Below, one piece after another: positions 46,039-56,042 of a stretch of 64,000 nucleotides of DNA (the stretch's first letter is position 1; each line of letters begins with the position of its first letter). This DNA comes from Methanobacteriota archaeon (lineage in GTDB: Archaea; Halobacteriota; Methanosarcinia; Methanosarcinales; Methanogasteraceae). The notes below the pieces were generated by a model. That model was given only the letters and a program-made list of their open reading frames with translations. It searched no databases and was not told where the DNA came from. The position numbers and the translations under genes are program-made. The DNA lies in the NCBI GenBank assembly GCA_048634345.1, contig JAIWAP010000001.1, forward strand, positions 48-64,047, given 5' to 3'.

Positions 46039-47001
46039 TTATCTCATTCGCCTTGCCATGTATGCTGCTATACCTGCAACGGTCAGCAACATCGCCCCAA
46101 ATCCGGGTGTGGCATCTTCTCCAGTTGCCGCGCCTTCCTCTGGCGCTGCCGCCGTCTCTGTTGTCTCTGCCGTCCCGGTTGGTTCGGTTGTTGCAGCCGG
46201 TGTGGCAGTCATATCCGGAGCCACTGTGGCACTGCTTGAAGGGTGGCAGACCGAACAGTCCAGTCCGCGCTGCGTCGGCGGTACCACCGTGATCAGGTGC
46301 AGCCCTGTCAGGTTATGGCAGTTGCTGCACGGGGGCAGGATTACCTTGCCCTCTGGCATGTGGCAGCCATCACAGGTTGCCAGATCCGGCAGATGAATCA
46401 GGTGCGGAATCACGTCCGGTTTCAGCTCCCGTTCTTCAGTGTTGCCTTCAGGTCTGTGGCACATGTAACAGATCGATGAATCGGTCTCTTCACCGTGAAG
46501 ATGCACCAGATCGTCATACGCGTGGCAATCCTGACACAGGATGGTCACTCCGGCGTGCTGGACCGGCTTCACGATGTTTGGCGCGGTCTTGTGGCAGGCT
46601 TCGCATCCGTTATGCACATCCACGAGATCACGGTGGCAGTGTGCGCACACTGTAGTGTCAAGGATCTCGCTGTTGTGGTGTGTGTTGATATCACCATGGC
46701 AGTACGAACAATCCTCGGTCTTCACCTTTGCGATGTGTGCATCATGAATCGTGCCGCCGTGGCAGTTTTCACACTGCGGGATCGCAATCTCCAGTGCCTC
46801 TCCGTGACAGGCTTCACAGGTCACCCGGTTCTGATTCATCACCTCTTCATGGAGGGTGTGTGGTGACCCGGGGTGACACTTTGTACAGTCAACATCCTGG
46901 GTCTTCAGTGCGAGCGTATCAAACTGCACCTCAGAAAAAACCATCGGGATGCTTGAAATCAGCAGAATAAGCGTTGAGAGCAATATCAGTGTTTTTCTCA
47001 T
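46039..47001 (-). CDS. Multihaem c-type cytochrome (11 CxxCH) with PGF-CTERM archaeal sorting signal
   Basis: Signal peptide MRKTLILLSTLILLISSIPMVFS. 11 CxxCH motifs counted. A T/P/A/E-rich linker is followed by ATPGFGAMLLTVAGIAAYMARRMR at the C-terminus. Confidence 0.85.
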   Translation of the reverse strand: MRKTLILLSTLILLISSIPMVFSEVQFDTLALKTQDVDCTKCHPGSPHTLHEEVMNQNRVTCEACHGEALEIAIPQCENCHGGTIHDAHIAKVKTEDCSYCHGDINTHHNSEILDTTVCAHCHRDLVDVHNGCEACHKTAPNIVKPVQHAGVTILCQDCHAYDDLVHLHGEETDSSICYMCHRPEGNTEERELKPDVIPHLIHLPDLATCDGCHMPEGKVILPPCSNCHNLTGLHLITVVPPTQRGLDCSVCHPSSSATVAPDMTATPAATTEPTGTAETTETAAAPEEGAATGEDATPGFGAMLLTVAGIAAYMARRMR

Positions 47002-47556
47002 GCATTCACCTCTTAAATCACAATCGATTGGCAGATTGTAACCATAAGGTCTCCGCGTCTATGTATATATTGGTTTCCCACCGCATGACCCCTCCACCCA
47101 CCACAAAAATCCTGTCAGATCTCTGAGTAGTATCACTCGCTCATCAGCGAATGATTATTCTGATGGTAGGATACTTCTATTTCCCTCCTTTACACATTCT
47201 ACATCAGCAATGATAGTGTCCAAGCAAACAAACCACAAATATATTTAAGTCCATCCACCATAAGTTAATAATTATGTTTGAGGTAAATGGACGGAGTTTT
47301 ACAACTCCAGAGGCACACACACCTTCAGGACATATAAACATTGCCGAAAACAAGCCGATATTCGCAGTGAATAAGATTCTCTTGGCGAGAGAATGGCTAC
47401 CCCTAACAGGCAACACATTGCCATTCAGCCTGATTCCAGGGGATATCATCGCTCTAATAAAGGAGAATCTATCCGTTGAAGAAGCGGTGGATTTGATCGG
47501 TGGAAGAGCCGAGGAATCCGTAATTCAGGAAATAGTGAGAGAAGCACCATTCCTTT

Positions 47557-48000
47557 TTATGATACGCTTGATTGTTGCCAAGCTCGGAGCCTCATCTTCC
47601 GAATAGCCAAGTTCATGCATCCGAAACTGTATCTCATCAGCGGAAATAGCAACGATACTTTGTGTCTTCGGTTTTTCCTTCCATCAGCGACTTCCGCACG
47701 TTCACCACGAGTTGTTCCATCTCTGAATCTATCTTTCTGCGAACATTCTTCGGTTGCTCTCTGATTCATCCCTAAACCACTCCCTCTTACTGCTTTTATC
47801 GAAATTGTCGTATCTTCTGATCCACTTTCGCAGCCATACCCTCGATCTGCCAAGACTTTTGCAGATTTTGGAGGGGCGTTCACCCCTCTGATATCGATTG
47901 ACCGCATACGATTGGGCTCTTGTTCCTCTTCCGTGTACGGTTCGTTTGATTTCGCCATGACACATCATCGGATGCATCACGGCTTTTTGACGCTCAAATC
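47557..48000 (-). pseudogene. N-terminal (HTH) remnant of an IS630/IS481-type transposase, multiply frameshifted
   Basis: Pieces in three frames: ...YQRGERPSKICKSLGRSRVWLRKWIRRYD..., ...KTQSIVAISADEIQFRMHELGYSEDEAPSLATIKRIIKRNG... No catalytic domain was recognisable downstream. Confidence 0.4.
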
Positions 48001-48090
48001 TCCAAAATTGTAAACGATGTGTTGAGCCTTTCCAGATAACTTTTTGAGATGACCCGTCCAACCGATGCATATCTACCGTACAGGAAGTGA

Positions 48091-49227
<1,137 letters not shown>

Positions 49228-49318
49228 CGTGTTCCTGGGCCCGTGTCGAATTGTATCACGAGTTTAGCCGCCGCAAACAATTTCCTCCTTTTGCCCACGC
49301 GATATCTCTGGTTGAGTC

Positions 49319-50998
49319 TCACATCGACTCAGGCGCATCGATCCCGAGCACGTCCAGCACGCCCGCAAGCACGATTCGTGCGCACTCGACAAGCCCGATG
49401 CGTGCATCACGAAGATTATCTGGCGCACTTAAGACCGGTGACAGCCGGTAGAATTGATTAAACGATTCCGCAAGCTCGCGTGCGTAGATCGCCACGATAT
49501 GTGGCTTTAGATTCGATGCAGCAGCATTGGTAACGTGCGAGAATCTGGCAAGCTCTTTCACAAGCGAGATCTCCGCCTCACCAGTCAGAACAGACGGGTC
49601 GATCGAATCAGGGACGCCGGACGTCTTCTTAAGGATGCTACATGCCCTTGCATGAGAGTACTGGATGAATGGCGCGCCGAGTTTATCAAAATCAAGAGCG
49701 CTCTCCCAGTCAAAGGTCGTCGCCTTCTCGGGCGATATCTTCACGATGTCGTACCTGACCGCGCCGATGCCAACCGGCACTGATACGTGCTTTCTGAAGT
49801 CTTCCCCGGTCTCGGGTCTGCGCTTTGTCACCTCGACGAGTGCCTGCTCCTCGACCTGATCAAGCAGATCGTCCGCAGAGATAAATTTACCAGCCCGGGT
49901 GCTCATCGACCCTTCAGGAAGGGATACAAACTCAAAAATAACGATCTCCGGTTCTTTTATCCCGCACACTCTCAGGACATAACAGAGCTGACTGGATATG
50001 AGCTTGTGATCCGCGCCAAGAACGTCGATCATGCGGTCGCACTGTTCTGCTTTCCATCGGTGGTATGCAAGGTCCCGCGTAACATACAGCGATGTGCGGT
50101 TGCTCCGCCGGATCACGAGATCCTTGTCGAATTCCGGCATCGGAACCGTGAGCGCGCCGTCGATGGTCTCTGCAAGCCCGCTTTCCTCGAGTTCCTGCAG
50201 AAAGTCAGCTACCCCGCCGTCTTTCACAAACCTTGACTCATACACGAACCGATCATGATGAACGTTCATGCGCTTGAGCGTGGACGTAATTCCTGTGATA
50301 GCAAGATCCGTGGCACGATCGAACCGTTCGATCATTTCTTCGTCGCCAAGTTCGATCTTCTGCATCATCTCATCGATCTGCCGGGAAAGATCAGGATCCG
50401 CCCCAAGTTCCTGATTTGCCCGGATGTACACGTCTGCGATTGCATGGTCTGTCTTTTTCTGGCGGTTAAATTCAAAACGATCCAGCGCCCACGCGACGAT
50501 TGCAATCTGCCTGCCCATATCGTTGGCATAGTACTGGACCTCCACCTCGTACCCCACCTTCTTCAAAATCCTTGCAAGAGTATCGCCGATGATCGAATTT
50601 CTTATATGTCCAACGTGCAACGGACCGTTTGGGTTTGCAGAGGTGTGTTCGATGATTACCTTTCCTTTTCCGTGACCTGTGCCATACAAGTCCCGTTTTT
50701 CAAAAATTTCGTATATCGTGTCGTTTAAGAATTTTTTACTGACAAAGAAGTTGATGTATGCGCCAGCAACCTCCACCCTGTCGATCAACGAGTTTTCAGG
50801 GATCGTGATTGCGTCGGCAATTGTGCCTGCAATGATCGCCGGACTCTGCTTATATTTCGATGCCAGCCTGAAGGATAACGACGATGCAAGGTCTGAATGC
50901 GCGGATTCTTCGATATATAGGTCGTCTGTCGAATAACCAGCCGTGTCAAGTGCGGATTTTAGCGTGGATTCGACAACGTGTTTGAATTTAAGAAACAT
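49319..50998 (-). CDS. argS: Arginine--tRNA ligase
   Basis: HIGH motif (SANPNGPLHVGHIRN) and a C-terminal DALR anticodon-binding region. 559 aa. Confidence 0.95.
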   Translation of the reverse strand: MFLKFKHVVESTLKSALDTAGYSTDDLYIEESAHSDLASSLSFRLASKYKQSPAIIAGTIADAITIPENSLIDRVEVAGAYINFFVSKKFLNDTIYEIFEKRDLYGTGHGKGKVIIEHTSANPNGPLHVGHIRNSIIGDTLARILKKVGYEVEVQYYANDMGRQIAIVAWALDRFEFNRQKKTDHAIADVYIRANQELGADPDLSRQIDEMMQKIELGDEEMIERFDRATDLAITGITSTLKRMNVHHDRFVYESRFVKDGGVADFLQELEESGLAETIDGALTVPMPEFDKDLVIRRSNRTSLYVTRDLAYHRWKAEQCDRMIDVLGADHKLISSQLCYVLRVCGIKEPEIVIFEFVSLPEGSMSTRAGKFISADDLLDQVEEQALVEVTKRRPETGEDFRKHVSVPVGIGAVRYDIVKISPEKATTFDWESALDFDKLGAPFIQYSHARACSILKKTSGVPDSIDPSVLTGEAEISLVKELARFSHVTNAAASNLKPHIVAIYARELAESFNQFYRLSPVLSAPDNLRDARIGLVECARIVLAGVLDVLGIDAPESM

Positions 50999-51147
50999 GG
51001 TTTTACTCGTGTTTGTTTACGCCATTTCGGTATTATGGGGTGGAATGGATTGTACACTCCTCCTAACCCTGCTTAAATATATCGCTGAATCGGATAAAGT
51101 GTGTATTCGTTGACAAAAACAGACATTTTAGAGTAGACCGGACACTC

Positions 51148-51633
51148 CTATGCCAGCGAGCGTGGCGACTGTGAGACTGTGACAATCACTCCCGAAAGCA
51201 GAACACCTCCGGAGATCGCTGCGAGCGCATGTCCAAAACGTATCCCGAATACGAACGCTGCCGCGCATCCGGTCCATGCGCCGGTGATCGGCAGCGGGAT
51301 TGCCACGAACAAAAGGAGCGTGATGGTACCATATCGCTCAAATCTTGCATTGTGCCGGTGGTACGTGCGCGTGAATAACCAGTTGAAGAAGACGTCCCAG
51401 AAGACCCACCGCCGTAGATAGTTAGACACCGACTCAAGAAAGAGCAGAAGCGGCACAACCGGCAGCATGTTCCCGATCACTGCGAGCATGTATGCTTTCA
51501 GCGGATCCATGCCGTACACGCCGATGGCGATCGGGATCGCACCCCTGAGTTCCGCAATCGGTAGTGCTGCAATAAACACAGTTGCAACCGAATGCGGCAC
51601 CGATTCAAAGAGTGCAACAAGAAAATCAATCAT
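51148..51633 (-). CDS. Small membrane protein, 'small multidrug export'-like (COG2426-type)
   Basis: 161 aa, 4-5 TM. The opening FIAALPIAELRGAIPIAIG is characteristic of that family as I remember it. Confidence 0.55.
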   Translation of the reverse strand: MIDFLVALFESVPHSVATVFIAALPIAELRGAIPIAIGVYGMDPLKAYMLAVIGNMLPVVPLLLFLESVSNYLRRWVFWDVFFNWLFTRTYHRHNARFERYGTITLLLFVAIPLPITGAWTGCAAAFVFGIRFGHALAAISGGVLLSGVIVTVSQSPRSLA

Positions 51634-51750
51634 GCATTGTTGTTATGGCACCTGCCTTGCATAACTTTTTGGCTCTCCATGGTTTTGTGTGATGTGTTGA
51701 CACACACGAAAGACGTGACGATAACGATGACACCCTTCGCGTCTCTTTCG

Positions 51751-51822
51751 CCTTTCTCGTTAAATTGGAGAATAAAAACGCAAAGACGCGATGGCGCAAG
51801 GACGAGAAAGATCGAATAAACC
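51751..51822 (-). repeat. Dispersed repeat family 'X', copy X2 (inverted relative to X1)
   Basis: The reverse complement GGTTTATTCGATCTTTCTCGTCCTTGCGCCATCGCGTCTTTGCGTTTTTATTCTCCAATTTAACGAGAAAGG aligns with 32084-32153. Confidence 0.6.
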
Positions 51823-51841
51823 TCTTGATTGGCTATCATGT

Positions 51842-51892
51842 TGTATGTGCCCCGGTCTTGTGTATTCATGGTCAAATTAGCAATTACAAAAG
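51842..51892 (+). repeat. Dispersed intergenic repeat family 'C', copy C3 (more diverged)
   Basis: TGTATGTGCCCCGGTCTTGTGTATTCATGGTCAAATTAGCAATTACAAAAG. Confidence 0.6.
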
Positions 51893-51932
51893 TCGCAGTT
51901 TATGCCGGTGATGAGTATAGTCAGGAGCGCTG

Positions 51933-52050
51933 TTCTTATCTCGCACCCAGAAAGATGAAGACGTCCACAAAGAGCACCGCAAAGCTGACCATGAGGATGC
52001 GCAAGCCCCACGTGAGCCAGCGCTGCTTTGTATCCGCTATTTTCTCGAAA
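51933..52050. repeat. ~118-bp direct repeat, copy A (3' end of the membrane-protein gene)
   Basis: Aligns with 55842-55960 at roughly 80% identity by eye (…CATCTCGCACCC.AGAA.GATGAA…AAAGAGCACCGCAAAGC…GCGCAAGCCC..CGTGAGCCA.CGCTGCTTT…). Confidence 0.8.
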
Positions 52051-52393
52051 TGCGCCTTCGCATCCTCTGGGTCGTCAGGATGAACCGTATACGGTCTTGT
52101 CGCAAGCACCATCGCCGCGCAGCCAATGACCATAAGCCAGAGCAGAACCGGCGCAGAGAAGAGGATTGCGAGCAGCCAGTGTTGAGCGGCATTCTCTGCC
52201 GCGCCAGACACGACCCGGGGTCAGCAAAGGACAGGGCGTGGAAATAGACGCCCTCAATGAAGCTTGCCGCCAATATTAGATGCTTTGCGCTTCCCTCGAT
52301 CGAGGATATGGACCCCTTCGCCATCTCAAGCATGACGTTCTTCCAGAATAGATCCTCGGGCTTGGGCGGTCTGCCGCTTATCTCATCGGTCAT
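51936..52393 (-). pseudogene. Small membrane protein, interrupted by a single-base frameshift in a CCCCGGG run (last gene of the ATPase-TPR operon)
   Basis: Frame 1 reads MTDEISGRPPKPEDLFWKNVMLEMAKGSISSIEGSAKHLILAASFIEGVYFHALSFADPG. Frame 2 reads (V)SGAAENAAQHWLLAILFSAPVLLWLMVIG...KQRWLTWGLRILMVSFAVLFVDVFIFLGAR. The span is 458 nt (3n+2). Its ATG overlaps the upstream stop (ATGA). Confidence 0.6.
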
Positions 52394-52580
52394 AGATAAA
52401 TCTCATTCTCTGCATCGCAGTAAGGGCAGGTTTTGAGGAGGCGCTTCTTCTCATCTCTCGGTTCTGCCGATGTTGATGGCGTCTCTCCTCTGTATATGGT
52501 TATAGCAGGATTTGCGCCTGATGCGGAGATCGTGAATTTTTCCGGCAGTTCCAGCACCTGATCACTACTTCGTCACTCAT
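52390..52580 (-). pseudogene. ~63-aa zinc-ribbon protein, interrupted by a single-base frameshift in an A5 run
   Basis: Own translation: MSDEVVIRCWNCRK | (K)FTISASGANPAITIYRGETPSTSAEPRDEKKRLLKTCPYCDAENEIYL. This gives CxxC...CxxC. The span is 191 nt (3n+2). Its ATG overlaps the TPR gene stop (ATGAGTGA) and its stop overlaps the next ATG (ATGA). Confidence 0.5.
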
Positions 52581-54549
52581 CTGCGGTGGTCATCTCCTCG
52601 TAGTATTTGTCGAAGAGTGCATCACCTATCTCTTCTTTTAGAGTTGCTATGAGTCGTCCTGCCAAATCCTTGTACGGTGAATCGAGTTCATAAAATATCG
52701 CGGAAGCATTGTGGTAACATCTCAAAGCTTCTTTGTAATTTCCTTGTGCCTGGAAAATCCGTCCCATCTGTCCGATGGAGATTGCTATCCCGCTTCTGTT
52801 CCCCAGTTCTTCTTCTATCTTCAGGCTCTCCTGATACTTCGCAACAGCCTCATAGTACCTGCCCTGTGCATAGTGCACATTTCCCAGCTGGTGGAGTGTT
52901 CCCGCTATCCCGCGTCGGTCTCCCAGTTCTTCTTTTAGCTTCAGGCTCTCCTGATACTTCGCAACAGCCTCCTCGTACCTGCCCTGATCATAGTGCACAT
53001 TTCCCAGCTGGTGGAGTGTGCTTGCTGTCCCGCGCTTGCCCCCCAGTTCTTCAAATATCTTCAGGCTCTCCTGATACTTCGCAACAGCCTCCTCGTACCT
53101 GCCCTGTGCCTGATGTATCATTCCAAGCTGGTGGAGTGTGCTTGCTATCCCTTTTCTGTCCCCCACTTCTTCAAATATCTTCAGGCCCTCCTGATACTTC
53201 GCAACAGCCTCATCGTACCTGCCCTGCAGGTAGTGGATATCTCCTAATCGGCGTACGGAAGCCGCGGTTCCCTTACCATATCCGATTCTTTTAGAGATTT
53301 CAAGCACCCTCAAATAGACTCGTCTGGCATCCCTGTAGCGACCAGCATTTGAATACACATCACCTATTTTAAAAAACAAGGTAGAACTGTCCCGGATCAT
53401 CTCATGATCTGCTTCACACGCATTTTCCAGATCCCCTTCTGCTCTCCGAACGTCACCGGTTCCTAAGTATCCAAAAGCCCTGAACACCAGTGCCTTACTC
53501 CGCACACTCTCGTCACTTTCAACCAATAGAATCTTGTTTTCCGCCTCTATTAATTTTTCAGGATCGTTTAGCATTTCTTCTGGCAGTCCCATCCCCGATA
53601 ATTCTGATTCGATGTCCCAGAGCTCAACTACAAATGATATATCCTCTCTTGCATCCTGCATCCGCATCATTGGCTCGGGTTCTCCCTGCCATGGTTCCAG
53701 AGTCTCCATCAACGCCTTGTAGTCGTCTCTGAGCCCCTCGTCTTCGATGCCATCGATGATTGTTCCAAAACTTCTTTCCATGATGCGAGGATCTTTTAAA
53801 GCTTTCAAACTATGTGAAGGTATCATTTCGCCATGGTATACACGAACGAAACCTTTCGACTCCAGACATTCAATAGCTTCATCGTCCATCTCTTCCGACT
53901 TCAAAAACATTAAAACAGACTTTAACTCGTTTGCATCAAGTTTGGATAACTTTTTTCTCAAAATATCAGCAATGGCATCTTTTACCGCTATCTCCACCCA
54001 TGTCCCATCCAGAAGCCGTCTTGTAGCACTGTCAAAGAATTCGACCACATCTATCGGGTCTTCAAAAGTCTTTAGTGCGATCAAAAACGGAAAATTCTTG
54101 AACAGTTTGGGATCCACCACCTTTCTCTTAAATATAGCAGATCGGACTGCGTTGTATGCGGTTTGTTTCATCTTGTCGAGCCATTTTCTGTTTACTTTCC
54201 CGGCTGCTTTCGATCGCACATCGATTACGGTTATCAGCGATTTAAACCACCGTAGGTTCTTATACACCTCTTCAAGCTCATTTTCAGACTTCACGCTTAT
54301 ACAAAGGACTGTTTTCTCATCCAATTTCACATCTTTGATTTCAGAGATTTTCCCACTCTTTATGTCAATTTCAGTCCAATCAACCCACAACAATCTTGGA
54401 TTGTGATCTCTAAATCCATATACGAGCATGTTCAGTATTTCAGACTTTCTATCATCCTGAATATCATAAGGAAGTGTCAGAGGGTCTCCCAAGTCAGTTT
54501 TACTAAGTTTGAATTCGGATAAACCCATTGGCTGGAATATTTCAATCAT
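52573..54549 (-). CDS. Protein with unknown ~370-aa N-terminal region and C-terminal TPR array (TPR_12/KLC-like)
   Basis: 658 aa. Five to six near-identical 42-aa units (GRYEEAVAKYQESLKIFEELGDRRGIASTLHQLGNVHYAQ). The ATGA overlap with the upstream ATPase gene lies at 54546-54549. Confidence 0.8.
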   Translation of the reverse strand: MIEIFQPMGLSEFKLSKTDLGDPLTLPYDIQDDRKSEILNMLVYGFRDHNPRLLWVDWTEIDIKSGKISEIKDVKLDEKTVLCISVKSENELEEVYKNLRWFKSLITVIDVRSKAAGKVNRKWLDKMKQTAYNAVRSAIFKRKVVDPKLFKNFPFLIALKTFEDPIDVVEFFDSATRRLLDGTWVEIAVKDAIADILRKKLSKLDANELKSVLMFLKSEEMDDEAIECLESKGFVRVYHGEMIPSHSLKALKDPRIMERSFGTIIDGIEDEGLRDDYKALMETLEPWQGEPEPMMRMQDAREDISFVVELWDIESELSGMGLPEEMLNDPEKLIEAENKILLVESDESVRSKALVFRAFGYLGTGDVRRAEGDLENACEADHEMIRDSSTLFFKIGDVYSNAGRYRDARRVYLRVLEISKRIGYGKGTAASVRRLGDIHYLQGRYDEAVAKYQEGLKIFEEVGDRKGIASTLHQLGMIHQAQGRYEEAVAKYQESLKIFEELGGKRGTASTLHQLGNVHYDQGRYEEAVAKYQESLKLKEELGDRRGIAGTLHQLGNVHYAQGRYYEAVAKYQESLKIEEELGNRSGIAISIGQMGRIFQAQGNYKEALRCYHNASAIFYELDSPYKDLAGRLIATLKEEIGDALFDKYYEEMTTADE

Positions 54550-55763
54550 AACTTCTTGAAGAAAACAAATTCCGGCGCAATCTTGTAGTATCGTGGTTTG
54601 TAAATGTCGTTTGGGATCAGAACCCCACGTTCACAGAGCCTTTCGAAAAACCCTTCTGAAAACTCCCTCTTCAGAATGTCCTCCTTTCCTTTATAGTTAT
54701 TGTCTTGCTCCAAGAAGAATTTGATTATTTTTTCCAACTCTCCTGGCAAAAAATCAGAAAAATGTGTATCGGTGTACCTTTTGAGGTCTTCTACTGCTGT
54801 TTCAGGATTTAAACTGGTGTTGTTGCATAGAAACTCAATCCAGGTAAGAACAGCAAGAGGATTTCCAGTCAGCGTTTTGAGAATATCTACTACTTCGAAT
54901 AATCGCGCCTCATCAATACCAGCTCTATCGTCTTTATCGCAGACTTCCAATCGTTTTCTAATAATCTCGATCAATCCAGCCCCATCAAGCTCTTCCACCG
55001 GAATTATTCTGCGGAAATCCCGGCGCAATTCGTTAGAAAGCGCCTCTGTTCGCACTGTTATTACCACAATTGGCTTTTTTATCGCAAGTAAACTCTTCAA
55101 GAAATCCGAAATCGTATCCTTTTCATATACTTGGTCTAAATTGTCGATAAAGAAGAGAAACTTCTGCTCCGCTCCTATGTTCTTGATGACCGAATTCAAG
55201 AGGTCTCGAAGGAATGGTACGTTGATATCGAACTCATATTCATCAGAAACTTCTTCACTCTTCGCAATTTCATCTGTTATGCCTAGTTTCGCTTTCAAGA
55301 AAGGTACTATCCCAGTTCCAATCTCAATGCCACTCTCGATCTTCGTACCCTTCATAATAGAGAGCGCATTTCTCCGGGTTATCTTGCTCTTTTCCACGAT
55401 GTCTTCGATGTAAGCAGCCTCTGCGAACAGTCTGCTTCCGTCGTCCCTGAACCTATCTCTCAGCGCACCGCACATCGTCCTGCAGAGGTTCTTGAGCAGT
55501 TCAAGCTCATCCCGGCATTCACGACCGTCAATTTCGACGAGAATGAAATCCCCTTCCTGATGGAGTTCCCTCAAAACCTTTCTGAAGAGGATGGATTTGC
55601 CAACACCCCTCTCGCCAGTCCCGAGGAATCTTATGCCCTCTATCCCTTTCGCTTTGATGGCGGTGGCGATCCTGCGTTTCAAATCCACCCTCAGTTCATC
55701 CCGATCTGCAAAAAGTTCAGGTTCTAGCCCCTCGGGTCTCAAGCACTCGGTATAGTAATACAT
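54546..55763 (-). CDS. P-loop NTPase, archaeal-ATPase (Arch_ATPase/ATPase_2, STAND-like) family
   Basis: FADRDELRVDL opening, Walker A GERGVGKS, Walker B KFLFFIDNLDQV, C-terminal helical/wHTH-like part. Confidence 0.75.
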   Translation of the reverse strand: MYYYTECLRPEGLEPELFADRDELRVDLKRRIATAIKAKGIEGIRFLGTGERGVGKSILFRKVLRELHQEGDFILVEIDGRECRDELELLKNLCRTMCGALRDRFRDDGSRLFAEAAYIEDIVEKSKITRRNALSIMKGTKIESGIEIGTGIVPFLKAKLGITDEIAKSEEVSDEYEFDINVPFLRDLLNSVIKNIGAEQKFLFFIDNLDQVYEKDTISDFLKSLLAIKKPIVVITVRTEALSNELRRDFRRIIPVEELDGAGLIEIIRKRLEVCDKDDRAGIDEARLFEVVDILKTLTGNPLAVLTWIEFLCNNTSLNPETAVEDLKRYTDTHFSDFLPGELEKIIKFFLEQDNNYKGKEDILKREFSEGFFERLCERGVLIPNDIYKPRYYKIAPEFVFFKKL

Positions 55764-55841
55764 GTTTTAATGATGTGGATAGTTGAGATATATAATCTTC
55801 GGTGATAATAACGCATCTGGGAAACGCCTTGCTCGATGCTC

Positions 55842-55960
55842 TTCTCATCTCGCACCCGAGAACGATGAATATGTCCGGAAAGAGCACCGCAAAGCGGATC
55901 ATGGGGGTGCGCAAGCCCTGCGTGAGCCACCGCTGCTTTTATAGGATTTTCGTAATCGAG
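55842..55960. repeat. ~118-bp direct repeat, copy B (orphan copy of the membrane-gene 3' end, upstream of the ATPase gene)
   Basis: On the minus strand it translates to KQRWLTQGLRTPMIRFAVLFPDIFIVLGCE, compared with KQRWLTWGLRILMVSFAVLFVDVFIFLGAR at copy A. No gene body is attached. Confidence 0.8.
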
Positions 55961-56042
55961 GGTCGAGAAGCGGCTTGCGAAACGGTTCGGCACCGCACGA
56001 TAGCGACGGATAAGTATGGAAATATAAAATAAGAAAAGAAGA

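Noticed and set aside
45959-46396. ORF 45959-46396 (plus strand), and the idea that repeat C encodes a small peptide (M.ISRSCVHGQI.H.KK). Several C1/C2 differences fall on third codon positions.
   Set aside because: Copy C3 has indels that destroy the frame. The ORF runs antisense through the cytochrome gene. There is no RBS. The peptide idea is not supported across copies.
47100-47180. Candidate C/D-box sRNA (CTGATGA ... CTGA on the minus strand) upstream of the cytochrome gene.
   Set aside because: The box spacing is too short (~24 nt between the C-like and D-like boxes). There is no C'/D' pair and no terminal stem. This is probably chance.
53747-54406. 219-aa Ser-rich ORF antisense to the TPR-protein gene, and 54700-55413 antisense to the ATPase gene.
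   Set aside because: These are low-complexity translations of the antisense strand of AT-rich genes. The sense-strand genes have clear Walker and TPR motifs.
51829-56032. ORFs 51829-52083 (plus strand) and 55802-56032 (plus strand), which share KSTAK...RKP.VS.RCF.
   Set aside because: The similarity is the plus-strand reading of the 118-bp direct repeat. The biologically sensible frame is on the minus strand, as the C-terminus of the membrane protein.
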